From Polyangiaceae bacterium (GTDB taxonomy: Bacteria > Myxococcota_A > Polyangia > Polyangiales > Polyangiaceae), in the NCBI GenBank assembly GCA_965222375.1, contig CBDCTZ010000005.1, positions 384,001 through 448,000 of the forward strand: 64,000 bases of DNA, read 5' to 3'. The position numbers and the translations under genes were made by a program. The notes beneath the pieces were generated by a model. The model was not told the origin of the DNA and made no database searches. It saw only the letters and a list, made by a program, of their open reading frames with translations. Positions 9,454-19,248 of the stretch are shown here, in pieces. How positions within the stretch are numbered: the stretch's first letter is position 1; the number at the start of each line of letters is the position of its first letter.

Positions 9454-9746
9454 CGCGAAGGGTTTCGGCAGGTTCGGCGACAGAGACCTACACCGGCACC
9501 AGAGGCGTACGTAGGTGGCTGGAAAGGCGCGTCTTGGTTTGGGTCGCATCCGTGGGTCAGAACGGCGCTCTAGTCCCGCCCTTGAGCAGCTGCATCGCCC
9601 ACGAAGAGGTCACCCGCTTCGTGTCGTGGGACAAGGAAGCGCGCTGTGTTGCGGCAGCGCTAGAATAGCGCCGCTGGGACGCACCAACGCTCGACCCCCA
9701 AGAACGATTGGCAAGGGTACTCTGTTCCGCTGGTACGCGCTGCGAG

Positions 9747-10319
9747 CTACTCGCCTTCGTTCTCGCGATAGACTTCCCCGCTGAAACTGGTTGCGACGTA
9801 GTACGCGAAGCTGCCGTCCGCGTCGGTGTCGCCTTTGGCCTGGATCACGTACCAGGGTTCCAGAACCTGAGCCGGCGCCGGAAAAACGGGCTGCCCAGCG
9901 CTGCTCGGGGCCACGACGTTCGTGAACGGGGCTCCTGCTCTTACGGTGTATCCGAACTGAACGGGTCCCGAAACCGTCGGAGCTAGCAGACGCCACCTCT
10001 GGTAATCCGCGCCCGCGGGTTGATCCCAGTGGTAGAGGGTCTTGCCCGGAGCCGCCATGGGATAGGTGGAATCCATGGTCGTGGACACGTCCAGATAGCC
10101 GTGGTGCTCCGCGCGCCAGCGCTCCTGAGCGGCGCGGATGCTCTGCACCATCGCCAGCGCTTCGCCGCTCCTGGATGAGAAGATGTGTTTGCGGAAAATC
10201 GTGATACCAACGGCGGCCAAAACGCCCACGATGACGATGACCACCATCAGCTCGACCAAAGAAAACGCCCGACTAGCAGGGCGGGTTGGGTGCAGGAGCT
10301 TGGGGAGTCGACAGCGCAT
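9747..10319 (-). CDS. Type IV pilin paralogue
   Basis: ASRA|FSLVELMVVIVIVGVLAAVGI; AKGDTDADG; C-terminal ENEGE. Confidence 0.85.
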   Translation of the reverse strand: MRCRLPKLLHPTRPASRAFSLVELMVVIVIVGVLAAVGITIFRKHIFSSRSGEALAMVQSIRAAQERWRAEHHGYLDVSTTMDSTYPMAAPGKTLYHWDQPAGADYQRWRLLAPTVSGPVQFGYTVRAGAPFTNVVAPSSAGQPVFPAPAQVLEPWYVIQAKGDTDADGSFAYYVATSFSGEVYRENEGE

Positions 10320-10394
10320 CAGGGATCCGTCCGGGCCGAAAGAGGTGCACGAGCCATACCAACTCTAGCGCATCGGAACGTCGGCGGCTCATTT

Positions 10395-11831
10395 TCAGTC
10401 AGGCAGCGGCTCCGGGACCTCGGTGGAATCCTCCGCGTCGTCCCCGCCCAGACCGTGCTTGGACAGGCGATAGCGCAGGGATCGAAAGCTGATCCCGAGC
10501 AGCTTGGCCGCCGCCTTTCGTACCCCCCCGACGCGCTCCAAGGCCTCGAGCAACAGCCGGCGCTCGGCCTCCGCGAGTACGTCGTCCAGGTCGATGCCGC
10601 TCTGGGGCAGCGAGATCAGCGCCGGAGCTGGCGCACCTGCCATTCCGCTGACCTCCTCGGGCAAATCTCCCAAGCCGATGGCCCGGGCGCCCGCCAGAGC
10701 CACCGCTCGCTCCACGATGTTCTCGAGCTCTCGAACGTTCCCTGGGAACGCGTGACGTTCGAGCGCTCGCAACGCGTCTGCAGTGAAACCGCTCACGTCC
10801 TTACCCATCTCGGACGCGAAACGCCTAATGAAACCATCAGCCAGCAGTGCGATGTCTTCCCGACGCTCGCGCAAGGGTGGCAGAGCAACCCGGATCACGT
10901 TCAACCGGTAGTAGAGATCTTGACGGAATGCGCCGGCGGCGACATCGGCTTCAATATCTCGATTGGTCGCAGCGATAACCCGCACGTCGACTGGAACCTC
11001 TTGTGTCGCCCCTACCGCGCGCACCGACTTCTCTTGCAGCACACGCAAGAGCTTCACCTGCAAGCTGGCGGGCAGTTCGCCAATTTCGTCCAACAACAAC
11101 GTTCCCTCGTTGGCATCTCGAAACAGCCCGACGCTCTTGGTTTGCGCGCCCGTGAACGCCCCCTTTTCGTGACCGAAGAGTTCGCTCTCCATCAACGCTT
11201 CCGGTAGGGCGCCGCAGTTGACTACCCGAAAAGGCCCGGCCGGCCGATCGGATTGTTCGTGAATGGCGCGGGCGATTCGTTCTTTGCCTGTGCCGCTCTC
11301 ACCCGTGATCAGCACCGTCGTGCGCGTCGACGCAATGCGCGCCACCAGCTCCATCACCCGCTTCATCGGAGCACTGCGGCCCACCACGGACTTGGACAGC
11401 GGCGCCACCTTCGCGCGGAGCTGAGCGTTTTCCGTCGCGAGGTCGTGCTTTTCGAACGCCTTCTCGACCAGAGCGGCCAGCTCCGGCGGCTCGAAGGGCT
11501 TCGTCACGAAGTCATAGGCGCCGGAGCGCATCGCTTCGATGGCATTTTGCACGCTCGAATGTGCCGTGATCAGGACGACCTGGGTGGATGCACTTCGGCG
11601 CTTGGCTTCCGAAAGCACGTCCAAGCCAGACCCGTCCGGCATGGAGAGGTCCGTGAGAACGACGGGGAACGGGTGCGGGCTCGTATTCAGCGCCTCCGCC
11701 GCTGCCTGATAACCCGGTGCTGCCACCACGGAATACCCCTCCCGTCGGAACAGGATTTCCAACATCTTTCGGATCCCGGGCTCGTCATCGACCACCAGCA
11801 GTTTTCGCGGGGGGACGACCAGAGAGTGCAT
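10395..11831 (-). CDS. pilR: Sigma54-dependent NtrC-family response regulator (PilR-like)
   Basis: Receiver (VVDDE, TDLSMP, KP), AAA+ (GESGTGKE, GAFTGA, LLLDE), Fis-type HTH (AAKLLGISFRSLRYRL); directly upstream of pilins. Confidence 0.85.
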   Translation of the reverse strand: MHSLVVPPRKLLVVDDEPGIRKMLEILFRREGYSVVAAPGYQAAAEALNTSPHPFPVVLTDLSMPDGSGLDVLSEAKRRSASTQVVLITAHSSVQNAIEAMRSGAYDFVTKPFEPPELAALVEKAFEKHDLATENAQLRAKVAPLSKSVVGRSAPMKRVMELVARIASTRTTVLITGESGTGKERIARAIHEQSDRPAGPFRVVNCGALPEALMESELFGHEKGAFTGAQTKSVGLFRDANEGTLLLDEIGELPASLQVKLLRVLQEKSVRAVGATQEVPVDVRVIAATNRDIEADVAAGAFRQDLYYRLNVIRVALPPLRERREDIALLADGFIRRFASEMGKDVSGFTADALRALERHAFPGNVRELENIVERAVALAGARAIGLGDLPEEVSGMAGAPAPALISLPQSGIDLDDVLAEAERRLLLEALERVGGVRKAAAKLLGISFRSLRYRLSKHGLGGDDAEDSTEVPEPLPD

Positions 11832-11959
11832 GACCCGTCGATTCTTACCACGCTACGCGGCCAGTCGGACCGCCTCGAGCGGTGCAAAAAAGGCCAACCC
11901 TTGCCTTCTGACCGGAACGCCATCAATCTTTAGGGACAGTAGCTTACGACCCTATCTTC

Positions 11960-13585
11960 ATGCTTTATCGTCCAACTACTTGGATCGTCGCGTCCATGCT
12001 GCTCAGCCTGGGGACCTGGGGCTGTGGAGCTGATAGCCCCGCTGCCGCTGGTGTCGGTGGGCAGGGGGGTGCCGGGGGCACCGGCGGTTCCGCACTACCC
12101 GCCACGCTGAGCTTCGACGCGTCCACGGCGCTACTGCTCAAGCCAGGTGAAACTCGCACGGCCACGGTCATCGCGACGCCACCCCAGCGCTACCAGGTTC
12201 GTCTGGCGCTGCAGGGAGATTTTCGGGACGGATCCCTGAGCAAGAGCGAGGTGTTCACCGCTGATGACGGCCGCGCCAGTTTCGACGTTCTCGCCCCCAG
12301 CGCATCAACGGCGTTCTCCGTTCGAGCGTCCGTAGGCGACGAAGTCTTCTCCAAGCTCGGCGTCTCTGTCAGTGCAGACGGCTTTGCCACCTTGAAAGTC
12401 GATCCGAGCTACGGCGGAAAGCGGCCGGTGAGTTCTTGGGTTGCCAGCGTTCGCACGGGCACCACCTGTGGAGAGCTCTTGGGCAACCCTCCCGAAGACG
12501 GCGATCTGGTTGGCAGCGCGAGCATGGATCAGTCGCCCGTGATCTCCTTCGTACCGGTGGGGCCCGCCCTGGCAGTCACCCTCCGCGCGGGGAAGTACCT
12601 CAGCGGCTGCAAAGACGTCGCTGACCTCGTGGCAGGCGAAGAAACCGAGGTCACCGTTGCGGTCACGGATGTGCCCGTCAAAGTCGATGAGACGGACTTG
12701 TTCGTTTCCCTGACTCTGGGTGAACCCAATACTCCGTGGACAAAGCTGTTCGCGACGACCCTGACTGCGGTTCAAGACACCGTCGTGCTGAACTCCAAGG
12801 ACGACGTCGAAGCGCTGATCAGCGTCATGCAGACGTCGCTCCAGCCGGCAGACGCCAAAGCCTTTTCGACTCTTCGTAGTTCCGAAGCCTGGGACGATGC
12901 CGTGCGTGCCAAGCTCGGGGCAAATGCAGGCAAGGCCTTGCGCAGCCGCTTGAGCAGCTGGATGAACGAGGGCGTCAAGGGCCTCAGCGGCGGCATCATC
13001 AGCGGTCGCTTGGTCTCTGCCGGGCCAAGCGCATCCGGGCAGGCCTTCGTGGAACTGCAATCCGTGGCGGGAATGCCCGCAACCGTCGCGGGGATGCCGG
13101 ACCAAGCGCTGGCTTCCTGGAGCGCAGACCCGGGCGACACGGTACTGCTTGGCACGAGTCTGTTCGTGCTGCCGTCACGGCTGACCGGTGCCGTCGCCCT
13201 CAGCGCGGCCCAGGCCTCCGTGCCGGGGGCAAAGAGCGTCGACGTAGCGCTCGCATCCGCTCTGCCCTGCACCGACGTGGCCCAGGTCATCGCCGAGACT
13301 GGCAAGGACCCGGTGTTCGCCCATGCCGGCTGCGATGCGCTGTGTGTCCGTAGTCTCTGCGAAAGTGCAGTCAGCACGATCTGGACGACTGCCCGAGATG
13401 CTTCCGCCTCTACAGTGCCGGAGATTGGCTCTCTGGTGATCAGCGCGACGGGGACCGCACTGGTGGACGACAACGCACGCCCCGCGAGCTTCAACGGAAA
13501 CTGGGTCGGCAACTTCAACGTGGGCGAGACGACCACGAGCGTGGGTGGGCCCATCACAGGTTCCAAGCCACTGCCACCTCGCTAG
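11960..13585 (+). CDS. Lipoprotein of unknown function with Ig-like N-terminal part and several Cys
   Basis: 541-aa ORF; TWGCG lipobox; Gly-rich linker GGQGGAGGTGG. Confidence 0.7.
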   Translation: MLYRPTTWIVASMLLSLGTWGCGADSPAAAGVGGQGGAGGTGGSALPATLSFDASTALLLKPGETRTATVIATPPQRYQVRLALQGDFRDGSLSKSEVFTADDGRASFDVLAPSASTAFSVRASVGDEVFSKLGVSVSADGFATLKVDPSYGGKRPVSSWVASVRTGTTCGELLGNPPEDGDLVGSASMDQSPVISFVPVGPALAVTLRAGKYLSGCKDVADLVAGEETEVTVAVTDVPVKVDETDLFVSLTLGEPNTPWTKLFATTLTAVQDTVVLNSKDDVEALISVMQTSLQPADAKAFSTLRSSEAWDDAVRAKLGANAGKALRSRLSSWMNEGVKGLSGGIISGRLVSAGPSASGQAFVELQSVAGMPATVAGMPDQALASWSADPGDTVLLGTSLFVLPSRLTGAVALSAAQASVPGAKSVDVALASALPCTDVAQVIAETGKDPVFAHAGCDALCVRSLCESAVSTIWTTARDASASTVPEIGSLVISATGTALVDDNARPASFNGNWVGNFNVGETTTSVGGPITGSKPLPPR

Positions 13586-13601
13586 GTACACTGCCACCGG
13601 A

Positions 13602-14888
13602 CTAGCGCAGGCACTCGCGTCGAGCAGCCCAGATCTCGAGTACGAAGGCGTACGCCCTCAGGGCGTCTTCGGTGGCCACGGCTCGCGTCCGCGCATCTCG
13701 CACCAAGCTTCGGAATGCCACGTAGCGTCGTCCAGGCACCCCAAGCAGGAGCACGATGAGCGCGGGATCCCGCGGTGCGTCCGCGGCCCCGGACAGAGGA
13801 GTGGCGGCGGCAGCTAGCATTCGTGCAACTAGCCGGTCCATCGACAGCAAGGCGGCCGGAGCGTCGCCGCTCGCGAGCGCTTTTTCGACTTCGAGCACCG
13901 CCGCGCGTTCAGCGGACGCGAACAGCGGCGCGAAACTCATGTTCGACGCGCCCTCGAGGGGGGCGATAAGGGAAACGTCGGGGACTGGCTCACTGACCGC
14001 GGGCACTCGGCTCGACGGGACGCTGGGCCAGGTGGAGCGGTGAATCGGTTCCTGGGGCGGCGGGCGCGTCGCCGGTCGGGGGGCGCTGGAGGCTGGCGGG
14101 GGTTCGCTGGATTCCGTTGGCGACGGGCTTGACCCATAGGGTGAGGCCGCAGGCTCATCGGCTGCGGCCTCGACTGCCGGGGACTCAGTTGCCACTGCGT
14201 GCAGCGCGACAGGGCCGGGCGCTGGCGCGGCTGACTGCAACACCTCCGCGAGCCCGCCTTCCGCTAGAACAAAACCTGGCGCTTCGCTCCCCTTCCCCGG
14301 GGGCAAGCGGCGCTCGAGTTCGCTCAAGACCAGGCGCGTTACCGCATCCAGCGCCTCGTACACGCCCTGCCCTTCGGTCGCGGTGGATTCGAAGCTCTGC
14401 ACCCTCATGGCATTGAGACGCCGCTCCAGCTCCGAAACCGCCAGGACGCCGGGAAGGTCTCGCTTGTTGTACTGCAGCACCCAAGGCACATCCTCGAGAC
14501 CGCGGCCATGCTCCCGCAGATTGTCCCGGAGGTTATCCAGACTTTCCAGGTTGGCATCCAGCCGGTCGGCCTGGGAGTCCGCTACCATCACGACGCCATC
14601 AGCTCCGGTCAGCACGAGCTTGCGAGTAGCATTGTAGTAAACTTGCCCCGGCACCGTGAACAGCTGAAGGCGCACACTCATCCCGCGAAGATCTGGCAGC
14701 CGTACCGGTAGGAAATCGAAGTACAGGGTGCGATCGACAGGCGTTGCCAAGCTGACCAGACGCCCGCGATGTTCAGGTCGCGCCGTGCGGTGTACATGCT
14801 GCAGACTCGTGGTTTTCCCACCAAGCCCGGGCCCGTAGTACACGATCTTGAACACGAGTTCCCGAGCAAGCGGGTTGACGACGGGCAT
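13602..14888 (-). CDS. MglA-family small GTPase with Pro/Ser-rich linker and extra C-terminal helical domain
   Basis: KIVYYGPGLGGKTT, RTLYFDF, TVPGQ, NKRD; about 230 extra C-terminal residues; no adjacent mglB. Confidence 0.85.
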   Translation of the reverse strand: MPVVNPLARELVFKIVYYGPGLGGKTTSLQHVHRTARPEHRGRLVSLATPVDRTLYFDFLPVRLPDLRGMSVRLQLFTVPGQVYYNATRKLVLTGADGVVMVADSQADRLDANLESLDNLRDNLREHGRGLEDVPWVLQYNKRDLPGVLAVSELERRLNAMRVQSFESTATEGQGVYEALDAVTRLVLSELERRLPPGKGSEAPGFVLAEGGLAEVLQSAAPAPGPVALHAVATESPAVEAAADEPAASPYGSSPSPTESSEPPPASSAPRPATRPPPQEPIHRSTWPSVPSSRVPAVSEPVPDVSLIAPLEGASNMSFAPLFASAERAAVLEVEKALASGDAPAALLSMDRLVARMLAAAATPLSGAADAPRDPALIVLLLGVPGRRYVAFRSLVRDARTRAVATEDALRAYAFVLEIWAARRECLR

Positions 14889-14933
14889 CCCTAACGGAGT
14901 TTAACCCGTTCCGACGCTCAAGTGCGCGGCCGG

Positions 14934-15773
14934 TCAATCTTCGCCTCGAGCGAGTTCGATGCGCCGCAATTCCTGCCAGGCTGGGGAGCGATGGGACGCC
15001 GCAATGCTGCCGAGTGACGCGAGCAAGACGACGCCCGCCACGACCGAAAACAGCCGGCTCCGCCGCCAGGGGCGATTCTCTCGGTAGAACAAAACCCCCA
15101 GAGGCACCCCAGCAAAGAAGCCACCTGCATGAGCGGCGTTGTTGACGGGCAGCGCGAAGGCGAAAATGGCAGCGTAGATCACGACTCGCGTCAGGAACTG
15201 CTTCCAGGCGGGATCCTTCGCGGCATATAGGTAGCCGACCAGGCAGCCAATGAGGCCGAACAGGCCAGCGCTTGCGCCAGCCGTAAACGCGGGCTGGCCA
15301 CGAAACGCGTACCAAAGGTCGCTCGCGACGAAACCCGCGATGCTCGTACCAATGAAGATGAGAGCAAAGCGGCCCGAGCCCAGGCGAGCCTCCGTCACTC
15401 GACCGAGATCCCAGAGCGCCATCATGTTGAAACCTACGTGCAACATGCCGAAGTGAACGAACGTCGCGGACAGGTATCTCCAGGGTTCTTCTCTGCCCAA
15501 AGGCGTGAACAGCGCGCCCCATTTGAGGGCTTCGCTCGGACGCGCACCGCCAAGAATCTCCAACTTGCCTGATGCGATGGCCATGATCACGAAGATGATG
15601 ACGCATACACCCACGTACAATTTGGTGAGCGGCGCTTCGCCGCCCAAAGCAGACAACCATGCATCCTGGACCGCAGAGGCTACGGCGCCGGGCAATGGCT
15701 CGCGACAGCGGGCGCACTGTTTCTCGTCGGCCGAATTCAGCGCTCCACAATGTGGGCAAACACGACTTGCCAT
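14934..15773 (-). CDS. Rhomboid intramembrane serine protease with N-terminal zinc ribbon
   Basis: CPHC...CARC; WR motif; H....H...N; GASAG catalytic Ser; AHAGG catalytic His. Confidence 0.85.
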   Translation of the reverse strand: MASRVCPHCGALNSADEKQCARCREPLPGAVASAVQDAWLSALGGEAPLTKLYVGVCVIIFVIMAIASGKLEILGGARPSEALKWGALFTPLGREEPWRYLSATFVHFGMLHVGFNMMALWDLGRVTEARLGSGRFALIFIGTSIAGFVASDLWYAFRGQPAFTAGASAGLFGLIGCLVGYLYAAKDPAWKQFLTRVVIYAAIFAFALPVNNAAHAGGFFAGVPLGVLFYRENRPWRRSRLFSVVAGVVLLASLGSIAASHRSPAWQELRRIELARGED

Positions 15774-15845
15774 GCTCGGGAGGACTATCGGGCGCGACGC
15801 CAGCGCTGAAAAGCCGCTTATTCAAAAAAATCTCCCTCTCCGGGC

Positions 15846-15871
15846 GTAAGGCCGGTCGCGTGGCAGGCGTT
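15846..15871 (+). promoter_or_regulatory. Possible ECF-type promoter upstream of the ECF sigma gene
   Basis: GTAAG-N17-CGTT preceded by an A7 tract; spacing parallels GGAAC-N17-CGTT ECF promoters. Confidence 0.35.
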
Positions 15872-16043
15872 CAGCTAGTTGATGTCGCCGTGTCTACAGC
15901 CATTGCCCGCCCAGCACCGGGGCGCCCCCGAGGCGCTATGCCTGGCGGCGGCATTTTTGGCGTCCGAGTCCGCTCTCGGGGCCCTGCCGGGCGACCCCAC
16001 CCACCGCCTTTCCCGGGGCCCGCGGTCGTGTACAGTCGCCGCC

Positions 16044-16643
16044 GTGCAGGCGGCTGAGGAATCCGACGCCCTGGAAGAGGAGCGACAGCTCGTCGCCCTC
16101 GCCCACGAAGGGGACAAAGAGGCGCTTGGCTCATTGCTGCGCCAGTACGGCCCGCGCTTGTACCGCAGCGTGCTGTTGCCCCGCCTGGGGAGCACCGCCG
16201 CCGCTGAAGAAGCGCTGAGCCAGACCTACATGAAGGTCGTCGAGCGGTTTCACCAGTTCAGCTGGCAGAGCGTCGGCGTCTACCCGTGGCTGCGCGTGGT
16301 TGCACTGCGGGTCGCCCTCGACCAGCTTCGGCAGCGAAAGCGCGAGGTTCTGTTCGAGCCCAATGACTTGCAGCGAGAGGTAGATGCGGCAGAGGGCGAC
16401 AATCAGGAAGCGAACATCCTGGAACGCCATGACCTGGCGATCGCCAGGCAGCGTGTGGAGCTGGCACTGGGGAGGATCAATCCGCGCTATGCCACCGCAA
16501 TTCGCTTGCGAGTACTCGAAGAACGATCCAGGGAAGAAGTTGCCAAGGAGCTCGAGGTGAGCGTAGCCACCTTCGACGTCGTGCTGCACCGCGCAATGGC
16601 GGCCCTACGCAAGGCATTGAGCGTCCGAGGAAAAGACGCATGA
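16044..16643 (+). CDS. ECF-family RNA polymerase sigma factor
   Basis: Region 2 (AEEALSQTYMKV...WLRVVALRVALD) and region 4 (EEVAKELEVSVATFDVVLHRA); GTG 16044 preceded by TACAGT; frame open back to 15879. Confidence 0.85.
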   Translation: MQAAEESDALEEERQLVALAHEGDKEALGSLLRQYGPRLYRSVLLPRLGSTAAAEEALSQTYMKVVERFHQFSWQSVGVYPWLRVVALRVALDQLRQRKREVLFEPNDLQREVDAAEGDNQEANILERHDLAIARQRVELALGRINPRYATAIRLRVLEERSREEVAKELEVSVATFDVVLHRAMAALRKALSVRGKDA

Positions 16644-17251
16644 GCGACGACCGAAACACCGCCGGCGAAGACGCCTTCGAACCCCTCGATCCGGAGATCG
16701 AGGCGGCCCTATCGGAATCCATCCGTGCGGCATGGAGCCCCACGGAGTTGTCCCCGGAACTCAACGAATTGTTGATCCAACAAGCCCTCGAAGACCCTTT
16801 GGGAGAGGCCTCTGAGGAGGAACTCGCGGAAAGCGAACGCCTTCGGGACGCCCTGGAGGGCCGAGGGGAGCATGCGGACGCCGCCCTTGCCAGCGCGCTG
16901 CGCTCCGCCGCGCTCCCATCGCCGCTATCCGAGCTGTCTGAGCAACGCGCGCTGCGACAGGCGATTCCTCGATCTTCGAGGAGAAAGACCCTGCCCCTGG
17001 TAGTCACCGGCGCGACGGCGCTCGTCGCCCTCGCCGCTTCGGTGGCCTTGGTGCTGAGAACTTCATCGGAAAGCCCCAGCGGCGCGCAGATCGCCCAACA
17101 GGCAAAGGACCTCGTCCAGTCGCGCTCCACCGCTGCGCTGTTCCCAACCAAGTTCGAGACCGGCAAGGCATCCCAGCGCATCGATCGCATTGCGAGTGCG
17201 CGGGGTCGCGAGCTTCGCGAAAACCGTTTCGCCTTGTGGGGAGTGCGATGA
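16640..17251 (+). CDS. Putative membrane anti-sigma factor
   Basis: ATGA overlap with the ECF gene; acidic helical N-terminus, single TM, short C-terminal domain. Confidence 0.55.
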   Translation: MSDDRNTAGEDAFEPLDPEIEAALSESIRAAWSPTELSPELNELLIQQALEDPLGEASEEELAESERLRDALEGRGEHADAALASALRSAALPSPLSELSEQRALRQAIPRSSRRKTLPLVVTGATALVALAASVALVLRTSSESPSGAQIAQQAKDLVQSRSTAALFPTKFETGKASQRIDRIASARGRELRENRFALWGVR

Positions 17252-17841
17252 CCAGCTCGGTTAGACGCCTCTGGTTGCTGGCCGCGGTCTGCACTGCGGT
17301 TGCGCTGCTCATGCTTGGCGCCTGTGGCATGGCTACGGACAGCGGCGGCCAAGGTTCGGCGGGCGCGGCCGGTCAACCCGTGGACCCAACGCTCTTGGCG
17401 TTCTTGTCACGCGCCCGTTCGGCCCATCACATTGCCGACGAACACGAAGAATCCATGCAGCTAGACAAAGCCGTTGGCACGTTGCGTGAATTGGTCGCCG
17501 GCCCCATTCCGGGCGGCGCGATGCGTCCGGAGGTGCGGGAGGTTCTCGCGGATACCCGCGCCCGCCTGGCGGATCTGGAAAGCCAGCGCGGCAAGTTCGA
17601 CGCGGCGGCCAAGGACATCGAGGCCGGATTGGAACTCGTCGAACAGCGAACCTATTTCCGCGGCCACTTGTTCGAGGTGCGTGGGTTGCTCGAGGATCGG
17701 CGAGCCGAGGCTCTGCGCAAGGACGGCAAGGACGACGCAGCCCAAGCCGCCAAAAAGCGGGCTCTCAAAGCCCTCGAAACGTCGATGGAAATCCAAGCTG
17801 AAGTCATCAGCCAGGCAATACCTGCGGAGCCTGGGAAATGA
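17248..17841 (+). CDS. TPR-like helical lipoprotein
   Basis: ATGA overlap; LGAC lipobox; TPR-like helices. Confidence 0.65.
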   Translation: MTSSVRRLWLLAAVCTAVALLMLGACGMATDSGGQGSAGAAGQPVDPTLLAFLSRARSAHHIADEHEESMQLDKAVGTLRELVAGPIPGGAMRPEVREVLADTRARLADLESQRGKFDAAAKDIEAGLELVEQRTYFRGHLFEVRGLLEDRRAEALRKDGKDDAAQAAKKRALKALETSMEIQAEVISQAIPAEPGK

Positions 17842-18308
17842 ATACGCGCCTGCTTCGCGTGCTTTGCCTGATCTGGGCCGCAGCTGGCTGCGGCGGCTCC
17901 TCGCGTCCCGGGTCGGCCCCGAGCTCAGCGCCAGCCACGGAGGCCTCAGAACCCGGAGGTGCCGATAGCGACGACAAGGGGGCCCGGGAGTATCAACAGC
18001 AACCCGGCTATGCCCCTGGCGGAGGCTTTGCCCAACCGCCTGCACAGCCCGGCGGCTCCGCCATGGACGTGGCACCCTCGCTCCAATCTGCGCTGGACAG
18101 CTTCGAAGCCGCCGCGACGCGCCTGAACCAAGCCGGTGCCGATTGCCGGCTTGCCTGCAAGGCCCTCGGATCCATGCGCCGCTCCACGCAACGAATTTGC
18201 CAACTAAGCGATTCTGAGGATTCGGAGCATTGCCAGCGCGCCAAGCGTCGCCTCCAAGACGCGGAGAAGCGCGTCGAAAGCAGCTGCACCTGCAGCGAAA
18301 CACCATGA
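17838..18308 (+). CDS. Lipoprotein with 6-Cys C-terminal helical domain
   Basis: ATGA overlap; AAGC lipobox; CRLAC...RIC...HC...SCTC. Confidence 0.65.
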   Translation: MNTRLLRVLCLIWAAAGCGGSSRPGSAPSSAPATEASEPGGADSDDKGAREYQQQPGYAPGGGFAQPPAQPGGSAMDVAPSLQSALDSFEAAATRLNQAGADCRLACKALGSMRRSTQRICQLSDSEDSEHCQRAKRRLQDAEKRVESSCTCSETP

Positions 18309-19219
18309 CCGCTCAGCTTGCTGTCAGTGCCACGGACGTTCGCGCCGGCGGTCGTTGGCGGCGGGGCCAAGCAGCCAAGAACGCGGCGATCCGCTGGGGG
18401 ATCCGCGCGCTACTCTGGGTCGCGGATGCCCTGCCCGAGTCGGTCCTGGTCGCCTGCGGGCGAAGCTTGGGGCGGTTGACGGCGATGAACGAGCAGCTCG
18501 CGAGTGTGACACGCCAGAACATCTCGCTGTCGTTTGGGAACGAGCGCGCAAACCCGTTGACCGCGGAGTGCTTCTCGAGCGTCGGCGAGACCCTTGCGCA
18601 CACGCTGTTACTACGGCGGCCCGGAGCACGAGCCTCGCGCCACGTCGAACTCGATGCGACCAATTGCAAGCGCCTGCAGCGAGCGCTCCAACAGGGCAAG
18701 GGTGCGCTGGTCTTGTCGGCCCACTACGGTCCCTTCGAACACATCGCCGCGGTCGTTGCTGAAAACGGAATTGCTGCCACCGTCCTCGTGCGAGAGAGCT
18801 ACGATCCCGCCCTCGACTCCATCGTGGACTCCCACCGGCTTCGTCACGGCGTCCAGGTTGCCCATCGGGGACGCTCGCCCCTGGGCGTACTGTCCGCACT
18901 GCGTCGCGGGCGCGCGGTCGGACTGCTGGTGGATCTACCGGGGCGCTTCGCCACTGAAAGCGTACGTTTTCTGGGTGCGCCCCAGGTAGCGTTCCCTCGC
19001 GGCCCCGCCTTACTAGCAACACGGCTGGCGGTTCCAGTACTGGTCGCCCTGTTGCACCCCAAGCCCCAGGGCGGCTTTCGGCTGGTTTTCGAAGAACTGA
19101 ACTGCCCGCCGGACGAATTGACGCAGCGCGTTGCAGATCGAATCGACGCGCACGTTCGCGCCTACCCGCAGCACTGGCTCTGGATGGCGCGCCCCTTATC
19201 CACGCCGGGCCGTGGCTAA
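18305..19219 (+). CDS. Lipid A late acyltransferase / lysophospholipid acyltransferase (LpxL/HtrB family)
   Basis: SAHYGPFE (Hx4E), LLVD, FLG, YPQHWLW C-terminal motif; ATGA overlap. Confidence 0.75.
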   Translation: MTAQLAVSATDVRAGGRWRRGQAAKNAAIRWGIRALLWVADALPESVLVACGRSLGRLTAMNEQLASVTRQNISLSFGNERANPLTAECFSSVGETLAHTLLLRRPGARASRHVELDATNCKRLQRALQQGKGALVLSAHYGPFEHIAAVVAENGIAATVLVRESYDPALDSIVDSHRLRHGVQVAHRGRSPLGVLSALRRGRAVGLLVDLPGRFATESVRFLGAPQVAFPRGPALLATRLAVPVLVALLHPKPQGGFRLVFEELNCPPDELTQRVADRIDAHVRAYPQHWLWMARPLSTPGRG

Positions 19220-19248
19220 TTGCGAAAAAAACGCGGAGGCCGCTAGAC

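Noticed and set aside
9431..9746. Possible c-di-GMP/cGAMP riboswitch or sRNA among the hairpins between pilin genes
   Set aside because: No GEMM core motif; stems are short and expected at this GC content
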